Positions 1 through 12,464 of a DNA stretch of 64,000 bases are shown here, piece by piece. This stretch comes from Vermamoeba vermiformis (Eukaryota): positions 248,001-312,000 of the forward strand of contig JBEWZL010000056.1 in assembly GCA_045837725.1 (NCBI GenBank), given 5' to 3'. The first letter of the stretch is position 1, and each line of letters opens with the position of its first letter. Position numbers and translations under genes: made by a program. A model generated the notes under the pieces. That model made no database searches. It was given only the letters and a program-made list of their open reading frames with translations, and was not told the DNA's origin.

Positions 1-189
1 GTTTAAGTTGTTACGGTCATCTAAATTTGGAAGATTTGCTGTAGAATCGGCAGCCAGTAATATTTTTGTATAGATATTCGTTGAAAATGAGCGGTACACG
101 TGACTTTTCTGAGACGAAAAAAACTTAAGTTTTGTTAACTTCTTTATTTGTACTATTTGTAGCTCAGCCCACAACTCTTGCCATATACA

Positions 190-798
190 ATGCGTGCGTT
201 TTATATATTTTGGGGAATATTTTTGCTTGGTGCAACGAACGCGGCTTGGTTATCCACTAGATCTTGCAAAGGAGGCTATATTTGGGGGCCTGTGACTGTA
301 GATAATGGCAACTGCGTGCCTGGATATTTCCCTGAAAACGACGATCGATTGCTAGTCTCTTGCAGCAAAGGCGAAATTCAAACTTTCAGATGCGTGGATT
401 CTAATTGCCAGAACTGCCAAAAACTGCGCAATATTATCGCAGAGAATGGAGTATGCACCAACAGCACTACAGATCCTAATTATATTTACCATTGCTCAAA
501 CAACCCGCTGGATTTCAGACAGATCGTCGGTTCGTACTACTACATGACCGAAGACTTCTTCGCATCCAATGCCACAAAATGCAGAAGCGATCCTTGGCGC
601 ACCGTAGTTCGACCTGTTGGCGAGTGTTATGATGGCACTTACAATGATAACTACCAATCCATCATTTGCGAAAAATACACTGCGAGAATAATTATGTACA
701 AAGATCCAGTGTGCCAGACCTACAGGAATGAGGAAGATCATTATTTGCATGAGTGCTCGTACGTGGACGACTACAAAAAATATTGGAATTGTTTTTAA
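190..798 (+). CDS. Secreted cysteine-rich protein of unknown function (single exon, ~202 aa)
   Basis: ATG at 190 opens a hydrophobic signal peptide (MRAFYIFWGIFLLGATNA); many Cys, N-glycosylation sequons, loosely repeated Cys modules. Confidence 0.75.
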   Translation: MRAFYIFWGIFLLGATNAAWLSTRSCKGGYIWGPVTVDNGNCVPGYFPENDDRLLVSCSKGEIQTFRCVDSNCQNCQKLRNIIAENGVCTNSTTDPNYIYHCSNNPLDFRQIVGSYYYMTEDFFASNATKCRSDPWRTVVRPVGECYDGTYNDNYQSIICEKYTARIIMYKDPVCQTYRNEEDHYLHECSYVDDYKKYWNCF

Positions 799-1189
799 GA
801 AGCCTTCGAAAGATCTCTGTCTAACCTCGATAATAAACGGACAGTGATATGTTATAATGATTTGTATATGCTTGTATTTTTGATTTATAAGGCAACGAAC
901 AAAAATAACTTGCTTTATTCGTGGATTCGCCAACATTCTATTAGAGCGTCTTGAAGAGGGAAGGAACGGCCACAGGTTAAGTAAAACTTCGACCAAAAAG
1001 CTTCTAGTGCGTACAACATGAGTGCACGAATTCACAAGCCACGGCACCGCTTCGTAAGAATAATGGCTGCTCCGTTCCGCCTTGACGTGCGACAGTAAAG
1101 CATATAAAGTGATTTTTGGCGTCATTATTCTAGTTGTTATTGTTTGTTTAAATACTAACTACTTGCTACACACGAGTTATTAATTAATC

Positions 1190-1778
1190 ATGAAGAATCA
1201 GTTATTGATCTTGTCAGCCACTGCTCAATTAGGTCTATCCGTATTATTAGGATGGATTATGGGCATGTTCTTCGCATTCAATACGAACAAAGTGTTAATA
1301 TTCAAGAGTCAACACAAGTAAATCCGCTGACATCTAAAAGTCAACGTCAGATCTAACTCTCAATAATTAATTCAGGCTAACAAAGGCACACATTGACTAC
1401 CTCATGATGTCTATAATGCAATTCGCCGTTGCCGCGGCTGTAGACGAGATACCAGAGAAGCAGATCTGGCCGTTAGTAGTCGGTGCGTAAAATAATTTAA
1501 AATATTATTTAAAAATCCAGCAATAATACTTTTCGTCTGTAGGTGCGTGGACCAATCCATTTTTGTTCATTATTTCATCCGTTATGCCCAGTGTAGATAA
1601 AGTTCGCTGGTATCAAAGGTAAAGTAAAATTTAACTTGGCCTATTCAAGTCATATTTGCCTATTAAACGCATATTAGTTTGTTAAATATTTATTCACAAC
1701 AGCTTGAGCACTGCTAGCTTCATTCTTATGACTTACGGAGTTTACAACTTGATCTCTTTTGTTTACAACTCAAAATGA
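1190..1778 (+). CDS. Small (128 aa) multi-pass membrane protein, possibly StyC/HabB-like; 4 exons
   Basis: Exons 1190-1317, 1376-1482, 1543-1618, 1703-1778 joined by GT-AG introns give an open frame with ~4 hydrophobic segments, motifs AHIDYLMM and GAWTNP; absent from the ORF track. Confidence 0.75.
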
Positions 1779-1945
1779 ACCTGCACGTCAAACAACCATG
1801 TAATAAATATATTATGCAATAAAATTGCTATATTGTTATCATTTTATGGTACGGGTTCAATAGTTTTTCTCGTGTTTATTTGAAAATTCATTGAGAAAAG
1901 TTTTTGCGATCGAACTACAACAAGCAAGCCGAATGTTGTAAATAT

Positions 1946-4288
1946 ATGTACACTATCATATTAGAAACTCCTGAAGCGAATCAATTCGAACCTTGGACTC
2001 CGACAATTTTAATGGAACATCCACAAGAAAAAACTCAGACCAAATCTCCTGAAAAAGAGAAAGAGGACGGCGGAGCATGGCAAACAGTTTCTAAAAATAA
2101 GAAACATGCCGAAGGTGATGGTTTAGAGGTATATAATTGAATAAAGACCTTGACTGCACAGATCACTAATTATTTCATTTTTATAAAAATTAGGAAAAAT
2201 CTAAAAATAGTCAAAAGAACTCGAGCAGCTCACTAAGAAAGAGTAATAACAATATTGCCCTTGAAAAAGACACTATCAATTTTTTTGCTGGCAATCCGAC
2301 CGTGGAGATCAACAAAGGTGTAATTCACTTGTATCGTGATACGGAGAGTAAAGAACAAGCCTCCGTCAAAAGACTACCCGTAAGTACTCCATATTTATCC
2401 ATAAGGGTCTATTTTGCCCTCAGGTTTCCGTTGCAAATCCGCTCGAAGATCGGATCATGCTTCGGACTTTTTTCCTGTTTCAATTTCTAATTTGATTCTA
2501 TTATAGTCCGAGCGCAGTAATATCTTACTCGTGCTGGCCGTACCGTCCTTCATGTCAATTTCAGATTTCTGCAGTTTTTGCGGTGCTTTTATGAAAACTA
2601 TCGAGCACATGCGCATCATCAGGTAACACTCTAAATATGATAATATAGCCCTATATAATATCACCTATTAACCATAAATATCGTAGTGACACGTCACCCA
2701 ATCGTTACATGGTGGCAATGAGATTTGCAGACCAATCGAGTGCCGATGAGTTCTATCAATATTACAACGGCAAGCAATTCACTTCATTAGACGTAAGTGC
2801 TATACTATATTAGTGCCCATGTCCTTTACTAATACTGACATGTATTCCATCGATAGCCTGAAGTCTGTTACGTGGGATTTGTCCGCAAAGTCGAGTTCCT
2901 TCAGCCCTCAAAAGCGACACTTTTCCCGCCAAAAGGATTGACTGAACTGCCCAACTGTCCCATCTGTTTAGGTACAATATTACTACTGATAATTATATAG
3001 AGCATTGTACACTAACAACCATTTGTCTGGTTCAGAAAAACTTGATGCCTCAGAGAGTGGCATATTGACTATTTTGTGCAATCACGCGTGTCATTGCGAG
3101 TGTTTGGCACGATGGCGCAAAGACAACATGTGTCCCATCTGTCGCTACGTGCAGCCAGTAGGCCATAAGTCTCAATGTGCCAGCTGCAGCACGACCGAAT
3201 CGTTGTGGATCTGCGTGGTCTGCGGTCACGTGGGTTGTTCGCGGTACAAAGAAAGTCACGCGTACGATCACTTCAAACAGACGCAACACACTTACGCACT
3301 CGAACTCGAGACTGGTCGTGTCTGGGACTATGCTGGGGACGGCTACGTGCATCGATTGATTCAAAATCAAATGGACGGCAAGATCGTCGAGTTGCCTGGT
3401 CAAGCGCTCGCTGATGACCGCGACGGAGGCAACAGAATTGTACATAAGGACTTGGTACGTATGACTATCCTCCCCTATACTCTACAAGTAAAAAAATTAG
3501 TTTATCTGGCAATTTGCACAACCACAAAATTAACCAAAAATTATACCCGCGATGATTTCACATATGTGAAAAATAATTATACTAGCATGACGTACAATTA
3601 TCCTCCCTTAGATTTATAACTAGCCTTCGGGGTCAAAAAAAAATATCAATTTCTGGCGATTTGCCCCAAAATTGACAAAATTATGGCCCGTGAAAAATAG
3701 TTACAATAGTATGCTAATATGTACGTGTAGGACAAAGTGGAGACGATTGCATTGGAATATCAGTATTTGTTGACAGCACAGTTAGAGACGCAAAAAGTGT
3801 TCTTTGAAGAGCTGTTAGAGAAGCTAGAAAAAGAAAAAGAAGAAAGAATTCAAAAATTAGCGCAACAATCTGAAGTGCTGTCGAAAGAACAAAAAGAAGC
3901 GGCGTTGAAATTGAAAGAATTGGAAAAAGAGAAAAAGAAAGCCGAGAAAAGATCGCAAGAGCTCGAAAAGAAGTTGGGCGAAGTGTCAAAAGAGACGCAA
4001 TTTTTAAAAGAATTGAATCAGGCCTTAGAAACCAATCAAAAGGCGTGGCAAGATAAGATTGAAAATATTGAAAAAAATCTCGTTCATGAAAAAGATCGAA
4101 AAATCAAAGAATTAGAAGAACAAGTGCGAGATTTGATGTTTTACATCGAGGCACAAAAGAAAATTGAAGATTCAACGTCAGAATTGAAAGACGGGCAGTT
4201 GATTGTCGTGCCGGATGCCTCGCCGAAGAAAAATAACAACAATAATACGACGCCTGGACGAAGGACACCGCGCAACAGACGAAAATAA
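1946..4288 (+). CDS. BRAP: BRAP2/IMP/ETP1-like RING and zf-UBP E3 ubiquitin ligase
   Basis: BRAP2 domain (GNPTVEINKGVIHLYR), RING (CPICL..CNHACHCECL..CPICRY), zf-UBP (LWICVVCGHVGCSRY..HAYDHF..VWDYAGDGYVHRL), coiled coil ending LEEQVRDLMFY. Confidence 0.93.
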
Positions 4289-4555
4289 GTCTTGTTCGAA
4301 TATCTTGTAATATATAAACAATAATATTATTAGTGTAAGATGATGATCTGGAAGATTGCCAAATAAGTCAAAAATTTAACTAAAATTATTGTTACGTTAT
4401 CATCCGGAGTTGAACACGAGAGTACGGATCGTGCTAGCTTAAGCTTTACAGCGACATATTAACAGAGTTTAAGGCAGCCAGAAGCAACTGTCACAGGGCT
4501 TGATCTGGGCTTCAAAAAAAAATCAGCTTAGTAGTAGTAGTTTAAATTGTCAAAA

Positions 4556-6613
4556 ATGGAAGTCCATAATCGTATTGATTTTACGGAAATTATGCCAACA
4601 GAGGTAATTATTGTCTGATTTAAATTCTTAAACAATTCGCATTAAATATTTTTACATTACAGGTGTTATTTAATATCTGCTTCAATTTGACTCGCTTTGA
4701 GCTAGCAACGGGTGCAACTATATGCAGAAAAATGAGGCACGTCTGTTTATACCTCTTAGAACACAAACGAAAGATCCGGTTAGTTGACGACATCTTGAAC
4801 GTGATCTTCGTTGCTTTACCCATGTCAGGTACGTCATTGAATTATATGACAATAATCGTTGATTACATTTGTTAGGCAAGACAACCTTAATTAAGGCCTT
4901 GACTAAACAAGAAGGCACCGTTACCCGCGAAGATCGGCCTGATCTAAAAGACGCAGCGCGCACGCACTATATTAAATTGAAGACTGTATCACTACGAGGA
5001 CACCATCAAACAATTACACTATTTGATACGCCCAACGCACCGAATCATCGGTCTTTGAATTGGATCTACGCTTCGCAGGTAACGTCCAAATTTACTCGTA
5101 ATGATATCTGATGCAACGTAGTATTGATTATCCCTATTTCAGTCTGATTTGTGCGTTTTAGTGATGAACGGCATGACTGACGATCCCAATATTGAAGAAA
5201 AAGAGATCAAAGAGCTAATTACCGGTACTTGTCATATGATGAGCTCTCGCGATGTTATTGTTGCCATCAATATTAAGGGAGATGATATTGTGGCTGAAAA
5301 GAGTAAGTTCGATGAAGATTTTCAATGCACGTACTGGATCTTATTGACTTCTTTAGGATTCCGAGAAATGAAAGACAAAGTCTCTCCTATACTTACCAAA
5401 GCAATTGGACCATGTTTCGATGTCATTCCGGTCGATGCAGAGCGAAACATCGGTGTTTTCGCGGGATCAACATTCTCCTGGTTTAAAGGATCTGCCCTCT
5501 GGCCCAGACTCGTGGAAAATCAAAAGAATATTAACTACGATATAGAAGCCGTTGAGAAGCTTCGCCATGGGCCATTTGAGATGCAAATAGCCTTCAAATA
5601 CAGAGTTCGAGGCGTCGGAACTGTTGCTGCAGGCAGAATATTGTGTAAGCGAAGAATTCATTGCAATATGTGTTCAAATAGGTATAAATTAATGTTAATA
5701 TAATAGCTGGTTCGATCGCTGCTACTAAGGACCTGCAAGATAAGCGGATCCGGTGTATCCCTACCACTGTCTCCGGTTGTTGTCTCCGCACCATCGATTC
5801 AGGCCTACATTTGAACTTAAATGAATCTGTAGCTGTAGCTGGTACGCATTATATAAATATACGATATAAATACTGACTAATAGGTCCTAATTAGGTGATT
5901 TTGTGGGTCTTGGACTGAAAGGCGTTTTGTATTCAGAGCTGCGCAAACGATTTGGCTTTACATGGAGCCCCATGGATCCCATCACCAATAAGACAGTCCC
6001 TATTGATAGCACACTCGCATTTCGCATGCAATTTGTGGTCCTAGAGCCGCGCCTAATGGGTCTGCATGAGACTTACACGGTCCACTACGGATCTCACCGC
6101 GTTCATTGTGTGTTGCTGTGGATATTCCCCTCGAGTTCATATAAGACTAGTAAAGACGCCAAAGAGCTGAAGAAGGGCACGGCTATTATGGTGCCGCTTG
6201 AGCGGCTGCCCATCCGCATCTACAAAGCAAACGGATTCCAAAAAAATATTCACGGCAAAGTCATGTTGACGCAATCTACCGGCAAAATAGCAGCTATTGG
6301 TCGCATAGATAAGGTCCTATCAACTTATATGGACCAAGTGCCTATGGCTGTTTCTCCGCACGGTAAGTAATACTCCTACATTCGAAATTTTCTGCAACAT
6401 CTAATTAATACGTTATTCATCTTTGTCATAGATTACATCAAGCAATACGATACTATCATATCCGAAGCCAAAGCTCTATTTAATACCCCAAGCGAGGACA
6501 AGTTGTTGGATTCATTTGTCGAGCACTTGAAAACGAGTAACGGCGCTCAAAACAGCGTCAAAATGTTTAACAAACGAACTGATGATCGAGGGTATTACTA
6601 TAAAAATGATTAA
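4556..6613 (+). CDS. F-box fused to a divergent eEF1A/translational GTPase-like module (multi-exon)
   Basis: Spliced N-terminus IDFTEIMPTEVLFNICFNLTRFELATGATICRKMRHV is F-box-like; then P-loop ALPMSGKTT, LFDTP, VIVAIN, SWFKG, YRVRGVGTVAAGRI, AGDFVGL and C-terminal AAIGRI as in eEF1A domains I-III. Confidence 0.8.
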
Positions 6614-6973
6614 CACTTCTGAATGATGTTTTGCGGAGAGGCAAGCAACAAGACAATTACTGCAAATGACTGCACGCGTGCAGGCCGAAAACGCAGTTGG
6701 TATGCGAGGTGCAATATCTTGTCCTGTACAGGACGCAATTTGGTGCCGATGGAATTAGCTATGATGATTGTACTTAGCATCGGCTGTCCTCGGTTATCGT
6801 TGCAATGACGCTAGTAATACGGAAACGCGAGAAATGACAAAAGAAGCCAGAAGAGACCAGCCCTGACCCATCATAGAGCACCGAAACAACGCCTTTGTTT
6901 GTGTGCAATCGTTTTGTATCTCTTCTCGTATGTTCTAATAAACTGCAGGATCTTTTGCGTAGCTTGATTTTAC

Positions 6974-8696
6974 TTAAGGCAAGGTCAGATGAGCCGTGCC
7001 ACCAATGACATCGATGTAATTGTACGCAGGTGATTGATAGTAATCGCCAAACTCGTTGGGAATGTTGCCGTGCACAATGCCCTTCGCAGTGACGCTGACC
7101 AACTGACCCGTGCAGGCACCAGCACACGTGACTTGGAAGGTCGTGGAGTACGGTGTGTTGGTTGGGAATGAGCTGACGTACACTGACTGCGACGAACCCG
7201 AGGCCATTTGAAGCGGGAAAGTGTCTGACACGTGTCAAGTTAGTTGCGTGTCGTGCTCAATCAGGGCCAATCATACCGTAGTCGTAGCTGTCCGTGTCAA
7301 ACTGAAGTTCAATGAGGGCGTTGCTCGCTTGATAAGCACTGCAGTCGAATGAAATCAAGCACGGATAAGTCGCCACAACACTGATTTGAACTGTCGTGTT
7401 CGAAGCAGTCTGCGACACCTGTCAAAAGTGTTAACTTGCGCAACATGAGTGCAATTTACATATAACGACTCACAATATTTGCTTTCGCGTTGACTTGCCA
7501 AGGATAAATTGCAACACCTGCCAAATACAACTTTAGAACTAATACGGCCATAAACACGTAAAAAACTTTTGTACGGAGTTGTCCGTCAAAAAAACTAAAG
7601 AAAGCGCAATCCAAAAATACGATTCAATGCGTTAAGTAATGCATACCGAAATAGGGGTTGGGACGAGGACTATCATTCTCGCGGTACTTCCACGTGTTCA
7701 AGAAATCTGCCTCGCTGAAGGTGTAATATCTCGGCGTGCCATCTCTGTCAGAATCATGAGTTAACAGCTGAAATTAGTTGTATGTGATAGTAAGTCCCGT
7801 GCCTGTCCCAAGGATCATTTGCCGTGATTGTTCCTGCTGCATCATCGTAGCCCACAACGACGCGGAAATGACTGTGAAAAAATGAATCAATTCATCGGCT
7901 TCAAATCTTTCTTTTGCAACAGAAGATTCGTATACTAATCTAATAGATACGTATACTTGCAGTGCACTTACCCGTCATGTGTACCGTTCACTGCAAAGTC
8001 GACTAACACCATCACGGGGATATCTTGTGCGATCAGATCCTGCTTCAAGCGTCAATACGAATCATGATGAACTCTGCTTCAGTCTTATATTACCCACCTT
8101 GAGTTCGCTAAGCCAGTTATAATTATCTTTCCAAAATGCGGCCAGTCCGAGTGGCTGATTTGGATAACCATTTTGCAGCTGCAAGTCGGTCAGATCCCGC
8201 AATCATATGTCAAAAAGTTGTCACGTAAACAATGGTACCATCATGATTGTAAATATTGCAATTATTAATATGCCGCAGTCAATTCAACCAATGGAATGAT
8301 AGATCATGTTTGTCAAGCATACCTTGAAATCAGGATATAATCGACCCATGGACGAACTTAATGCTGAAAAATGAGCGCCCCTAATTATTTCAAGTGATAA
8401 GGTACCTATCATAATCAATTTTGTTAGCGGGCTATAGCGGATTCAACGCCAAATATTAGAATTTATTTTTTAATTATCTTACCCTCGTGCGTAGTTGAGC
8501 GCATAACATCCATTATAGAAAATTGATTGACCTGCACGCCGTAATAATCTAAAATCATTTGAAGTGAGGCATCACCACATCCAAAGTTTGTTTCTTGTCG
8601 GTGATACGGCACATCAATTCGATGCGATTGAGGACGCGCAAACACATTAACATATAATATGCTATATAGAGATAATACTATTATAAAGGACCTCAT
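6974..8696 (-). CDS. Secreted peptidase C39-like (papain-fold) protein with beta-rich C-terminal domain
   Basis: Signal peptide; DVPYHRQETNFGCGDASLQMILDYYG (Gln/Cys), HFRVVVGYDD (His) and NDPW (Asp) in successive exons. Confidence 0.85.
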
Positions 8697-8805
8697 TTGT
8701 GGTGATAATTGAGGGTCGAACCGTTAAAAAAATAATCGGATCAGCGTTGAAATTTACTTCCATTTCGTAATAATAATACGTGCTTTATTCGTTTGGTGTG
8801 CCAAA

Positions 8806-9334
8806 TTAGCAATTGACCGTAGGAATAATGTTCTTAACACAAGGACAGCCTAGCAAACGAAATATGAGATTTTTTTTGAAGGGGATGTGGTAGTTGGTAC
8901 TTACAAGATTGCCACATAGTACTGCCATAAGCTTCAAAACATTTTTGGCATGACGCAACATTAGTGCCACAAACTACAAATATAAATTAGAAAATTATTC
9001 GCGACTTTCAGTACAAAAATTATTCTACAATACTATGACCTTGAAAAATAGAGACCGATGGTATATTAAATAATATGCGTATCATAGATAGCCTTACCAG
9101 GAACGCAGGCTCCAAGAGCCATTCCACACTTAATTTGAGCATCCATGTTGCACGTGAGCTCGGGTGGTTTTTGGCTTACTTCTCTAGTCTTACGCTTAGA
9201 GCCATTTTCACCACGCTTTTTGCCTGGTTATGCGTTAATCCAAGAAGATCTCGCAGGAGAGTCGGATTACCTTCAACGAGGCAAGCAGAAGCCAGAATAA
9301 GGCCCAAAAAGATTACGACAAACCACTTGTTCAT
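8806..9334 (-). CDS. Secreted 100-aa prepro-peptide with a 10-Cys C-terminal domain; 4 exons
   Basis: Exons 9334-9271, 9223-9098, 8973-8905, 8849-8806 with GT-AG introns in consistent phase: signal peptide, basic spacer, then CNMDAQIKCGMALGACVPVCGTNVASCQKCFEAYGSTMWQSCCPCVKNIIPTVNC*. Confidence 0.8.
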
Positions 9335-9616
9335 GGTGCTATTCATAGAGTAATTTGAAGCTTTACTCCAAAAAAAATTGGAATGTTGTTCAGTGAACCA
9401 ACTCCGCAAGACCACATCTAGTTATCTCGCGGGCATCTGAAAGGGAAAATCATGTCGGGATAACACTAAGGGGTTTATATTACAAATATTACATGAGGAG
9501 GTTCTGTACAAGGTTGAGACCATTCGCATCCTAAAGGCGCTGCATCTTAAACAAAGCCGTCGGAAGATCTCCAGCAAAATTGAGGGTTTTTTGTCGCGAT
9601 ATATCAGCTTCAAGTA

Positions 9617-12464
9617 TTACTTGTCGATGCTGCCGAAAGCGTTCTTCTGCACGCTCTGCAAGAAGCTCTTTCTATTGTTTGTAATTCGATCTTCAAAATT
9701 TTTAGCTTTGTACGAGGCGACTTGACAACTCTTAATCAGCTGCAGCAATGTGTCTCTGAACTCTGAGCTGTGCTTGTAGACGTAGTAGTCAGGTGCAGAG
9801 CTTGACTTGTTCTCTGAACCGACGGGGACACTGTCTTTTCGGATCACGCAAACCCTTTAAACAGACTGTAAGTGACTGCAGCAGGAGTACGTTACTGACT
9901 ATACTTACTTATAGTATACGTCTTTCTCTTCGACGAACTTCATTCGGTGGCTCTTGCGAGTTTGCAAGGTCAAAGCCGGATTTGAGACGTTTTTCTTCGA
10001 GAGAGGAGGAATGACGATAGCAGTCTCAGAAGAGGCTGATCGGTGATGGAAGACATTGCCAGGACTGCTGCGAACGCTCTTTGAGTCGTAGCTCTCAGAA
10101 ATATCTTCCGAGTTGGATTCGGTCGAGCTTGTGTCGTCACGATAACTGCCACTCAAAGACAGACTAGGGCGCACTGTCTTTGGCTTCTTGCACGCCAAGT
10201 GTCGCGAGGCGGCGTCTGAACCAGTCTCCAGAGACACCACCAAGAAAATTTCTATTAAGAAAGGTACACAAGTTAGCTAAATTGTGTGATCTGCAACATT
10301 TTCGATAGCGGAAATTTATTACGACTTCGTTAATGTCTCTTCCGAAGCGTAATTCATATTTTTAAATTAGAGGACATTACTTACGATTGAATTTGCTAGC
10401 GATGGTAGCGGGATCAAACGGCAACTTGCTGTTCGGATCAACAAATACGACGTTGACTGCATTGTTGCCCAAGTGAACTTTTCTGTTGTGAGCACCACCT
10501 GAGATCAAGTCTGCGACGTGGAAGGCGTATTCTGAGCTGCGCCAGCGAGTACAAACGAAGGTCTCGCCGTCTTTGTTCGCTAAAAATAGTTTCGAATTAA
10601 TTTTAATTATTCAATATGAGCAAACAAAATAAAACGATAAATCAATGCCATAATGAAGAAAAGCGTGACTCTAGCTTAAAGAGCGGATTTATGTCAAATG
10701 TCTTTTTCGGCATTAAGTAACGCTGACGAAATTTGAACCGGCATTGCCATATTTGGAAATCACCGTATTTCACGCCGTAAGGTTCGAAAAATGTAATAGA
10801 AAAGAAATGAGAACGCTTTTGTACTTACATCGAGTGTCCAAGCCACCAGTAAAGCCACCAAAGTCCTTGAGAGGGATCTCTTGGCCGAGAAGGTGAACAA
10901 ACTCTTGATACTCAGTGCTTCTTCGTTCTAAATAAATGATTGCAATAAAATGAGCAAGGTTGTCAATATACTGCATGATTTATAATACTTACGGTCCTCG
11001 AGCAGTTGCTGATCGTTTTGTTGTCCATTAAAGAAGACAACACCAGCTTTATACTTTTGATCCACGTGCAGGAACTCAGCGCGGAGACGAATCATGGCCA
11101 GCAAGCCCTGCATAAGCTCGGAGTTCACCGACTTGAGCTTATGAAATTTCTTTTCTGACACATCTGTCGACAACGGGTCAGACCCGCTAGATTGAAAGAA
11201 TCTACGGCACTATTTTTAGGCACTTACCAGGTTGTAACGCTTGCAGAATCTTTTTATCGGACAGTCTCGATTTTGAAGGGGATCCAGCTGCGCCCTTTGA
11301 AGATTTAAGTGAAGAGGCCAAAAGCAAGACTTTTTCATCTTTCTGTATAATATAATGTAATGATTAGTGTTTGTATACAAGATTTTCGGGCACGCGATGC
11401 ACAATTCATAATGTAAATTAGATCTGCGATCTCGAGATGCAAGATCTAAATATGGAAAGACCGGAATCACCAAAAACCAGTGGATTATTGAAACTAATAG
11501 CTTACCTCCATCGTGGAAATAATGGCTCTGACCTTGGATAGACGCTTAGAATCGTTTGGGTCGTACTCTCTGGCAACAACGATCAGAATTAAAGGATTAG
11601 CAGGATCGTTGCAGGAACCGTTGGTGATAAAAACTGAAATATCTATACAAATCGATTAGTATAAATGAGTCAACATTAGAGGCGATGAATGGGCGGAATT
11701 TTGTTCCAAAAAATCTTTTCGTGACCGACGATCAGGAATACGTCAGTTAGGGCTTTGTCAATTATCTTGTATAAATAAAATAAAATAAAACCACTAGTTG
11801 GGTTAATAAATGTCGACTGGTTGCGGTGATCGATTGATTTATGTCTTTTCTTTTTCGGATGTGAACCTTTCGATCGAACAAATTTTGTGCGTAAATTGGT
11901 TCCAACAAGTCGTCATAGTATAAAATACCATTATACATACCACTTTCATTGGCTCTGGTGAAGTAACGATTGATCCATTGTTCAGATACAGCTCCATCGC
12001 TGGTCTTCTGTTCGGATTCAAATTCTTTCAAAGCCTCAGTATCTGTCTCTAGAACGAACCCCGATGGGGTACTAACATTGAACGAGTGGGCTACTTGAGC
12101 CATGTGTTGTTCTCGTTCTCGTTGCAATTTAGAAATAATATTTTCTGCCTCGCTCGTTGGTTCGGACAAGTCCGAGTCGGACGACTGCTCCAACTCGCGC
12201 ATGCTACTTGGACTCATTTGTAGAGCCTCAAACAACGAAAGCTCAACGCTATCAATGCGCGAAATGGGTGGAATCTGAGAAAAAAAGATATTAGACTTCA
12301 TGAATCAAGTCAAGACACGTAAAAGAAGTAAATTTGATTCGATTATCATATAAATCGCCATCGGTTTTCAGTATACACAGATTAATCGAATTAAATTGAG
12401 ATGGTTTGCGATAAACCGACACAATCCAACAACTCCTCGTCCGTTGTACCTTCACTTGTGCCAT
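9617..12464 (-). CDS. Rap/Ran-GAP domain protein
   Basis: YKAGVVF, EYQEFVHLLGQEIPLKDFGGFTGGLD, FHVA, KVHLGNNAVNVVF (Asn thumb) across exons; 5' exon ATG GCA CAA GTG AAG|gt inferred. Confidence 0.85.

Noticed and set aside
496-1125. 209-aa minus-strand ORF
   Set aside because: Antisense to the secreted gene and intergenic DNA, no recognisable motifs
9176-9415. Single-exon amphipathic peptide ORF (…VEGNPTLLRDLLGL…)
   Set aside because: Reads through a good GT-AG intron (9270-9224); the spliced 10-Cys model explains the downstream exons better
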